64,000 nt of DNA from positions 248,001 to 312,000 of the IMG/VR virus record IMGVR_UViG_3300042923_000569, one strand, 5' to 3'. Below the pieces are notes generated by a model. The model was not told the DNA's origin, ran no database searches, and saw only the letters and a list, made by a program, of their open reading frames with translations. The position numbers were made by a program, and so were the translations under genes. The stretch's first letter is position 1, and each line of letters opens with the position of its first letter. Shown piece by piece: positions 63,112 through 64,000 of this stretch.

Positions 63112-63489
63112 TTATTTAGGTAAAGAGTTTAAGTACTTTTTACCTGCTTGGATAAGTTTCTTCTTTTTGATCTTAAAAGAAGTACTGTCCTGACCACCAA
63201 ACATTGTGCAGTTCGCGAGAATTTCAGCCCACGCTGTCATATAAAGAGTTGGTGCAAGAGGATCTGTCCATATGGTTTCAAAGTCCTCAGACTTCGCCAT
63301 ATGGAAGGTCATATCCTTGCGGATCAATTCTTGAATTACAGTTTCTTCAGGAAAGAGATGTTTCCATGTATCAGCACTAACATTAGCGTGATCAGGGAAA
63401 TGTACTTTACCCTCTTCATCTTCTACACGACATAATGGTTTACCACAGTCATGATATTCTTGGTAACGAAGTACAATATCATTTGGCAA
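63112..63489 (-). CDS. putative HD-domain-like protein (start uncertain)
   Basis: YHDCGKP...HFPDHA.VSA resembles the HD-domain HDxGK...H..H motifs. Confidence 0.5.
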   Translation of the reverse strand: MPNDIVLRYQEYHDCGKPLCRVEDEEGKVHFPDHANVSADTWKHLFPEETVIQELIRKDMTFHMAKSEDFETIWTDPLAPTLYMTAWAEILANCTMFGGQDSTSFKIKKKKLIQAGKKYLNSLPK

Positions 63490-63674
63490 AATCTTATCTT
63501 TGATTTTGCTATATACTTCAAGTAATACAGGGTCGCCCTATCCAGTGTCAAGTTCAGAAATTAGTACTTTGTACTGTTCCTGAACCATAAGACCATGTGC
63601 ATGTACACTTAGTCCTTTCATCTGTTCGGTTGTCTGCATTAAGTGTAGTAAGTCTTCGAAAGTGTTTGGATAAA

Positions 63675-63998
63675 TCATTTAGCACCTCCGTTGAAGAGTT
63701 GATACTTACGGAAGATACTACGCTGTTCAGCAGTTACTGGAGCACTTGCAAAGGCGGTGAAGCCATAATCCCAATCAGGTTCGAAGAACTGAACAAAGTC
63801 AATCCCTAATCCCTGGAGTTCATCATATGCTTTTTGTAACTTATGTTTATTCTTACACGAAATGACAATTAGAGAACTAGTCTCAGTACTGTTATTTTCG
63901 AAGGCCAAGCCGCTTTCATAAGCTGCGTGGTTAGATTGTACTACTATTTGCTCGATTGGAAGATCCGTTCTTACAAATACATAAATCCAAGTTTTTTC
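63675..63998 (-). CDS. peptidyl-tRNA hydrolase Pth2-like protein (5' end beyond the window)
   Basis: Frame extends to the edge: WIYVFVRTDL...VQSNHAA...LIVIS...FFEPD...TAFASAP. Confidence 0.75.
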   Translation of the reverse strand, partial: EKTWIYVFVRTDLPIEQIVVQSNHAAYESGLAFENNSTETSSLIVISCKNKHKLQKAYDELQGLGIDFVQFFEPDWDYGFTAFASAPVTAEQRSIFRKYQLFNGGAK

Positions 63999-64000
63999 AT

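Noticed and set aside
388-63809. Short plus-strand ORFs and nested minus-strand ORFs in the track
   Set aside because: They are antisense or out-of-frame shadows of better genes or of tRNAs (e.g. 24714, 35105, 43590, 49262, 60098) without credible SD sites.
1-64000. Genome-wide TAG recoding suggested by the CUA tRNA
   Set aside because: Standard-code ORFs tile the window densely and several end at TAG right before the next gene (e.g. 16497, 19530, 51886).
63960-64000. ATG at 63998-64000 as Pth2 start with a frameshift in the A6 run
   Set aside because: That ATG is out of frame and stops after 9 codons; the Pth2 frame is open to the edge, so an upstream start is simpler and cannot be seen here.

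Overview
AT-rich (roughly one third G+C by eye) segment of a large lytic phage genome. Inference: an enterobacterial jumbo myophage of the ~350 kb GAP32/CBB/BF type, judged from gene style, a phage sigma factor and the tRNA load. Almost everything is on the minus strand: about 135 densely packed, mostly short hypothetical CDS, many in paralogous families, and a dispersed tRNA region (24.6-62.1 kb) with 26 conventional-looking tRNAs including an amber (CUA) suppressor-like one. Recognisable proteins: two HNH nucleases, a sigma-70-family factor, an XRE HTH, a PD-(D/E)XK nuclease-like protein, a BCS1-like AAA+ ATPase, an orphan HicA-like protein, an ART-like protein, DUF1353, the anti-CBASS sponge Acb2, a kinase-like protein, a YadA-type adhesin, two cyclic-phosphate-processing receiver-like proteins, a GNAT and a Pth2-like hydrolase. 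The main find is a family of ten non-coding elements sharing a GAAUC-N2-NCAGCAAHCA / GAUUC module. It occurs (i) inserted at position 28/29 of otherwise intact tRNA-Lys and tRNA-Glu genes, (ii) as circularly permuted tRNA mimics with Y RNA/YrlA-like topology, and (iii) as minimal RNAs displaying only an anticodon stem-loop. Also notable: several large structured intergenic RNA candidates, a dedicated stable-RNA promoter motif, fused terminator/promoter elements, a Met-Leu-amber leader in frame with a downstream gene, and strong enrichment of AGTACT. All calls were made by eye without database searches.
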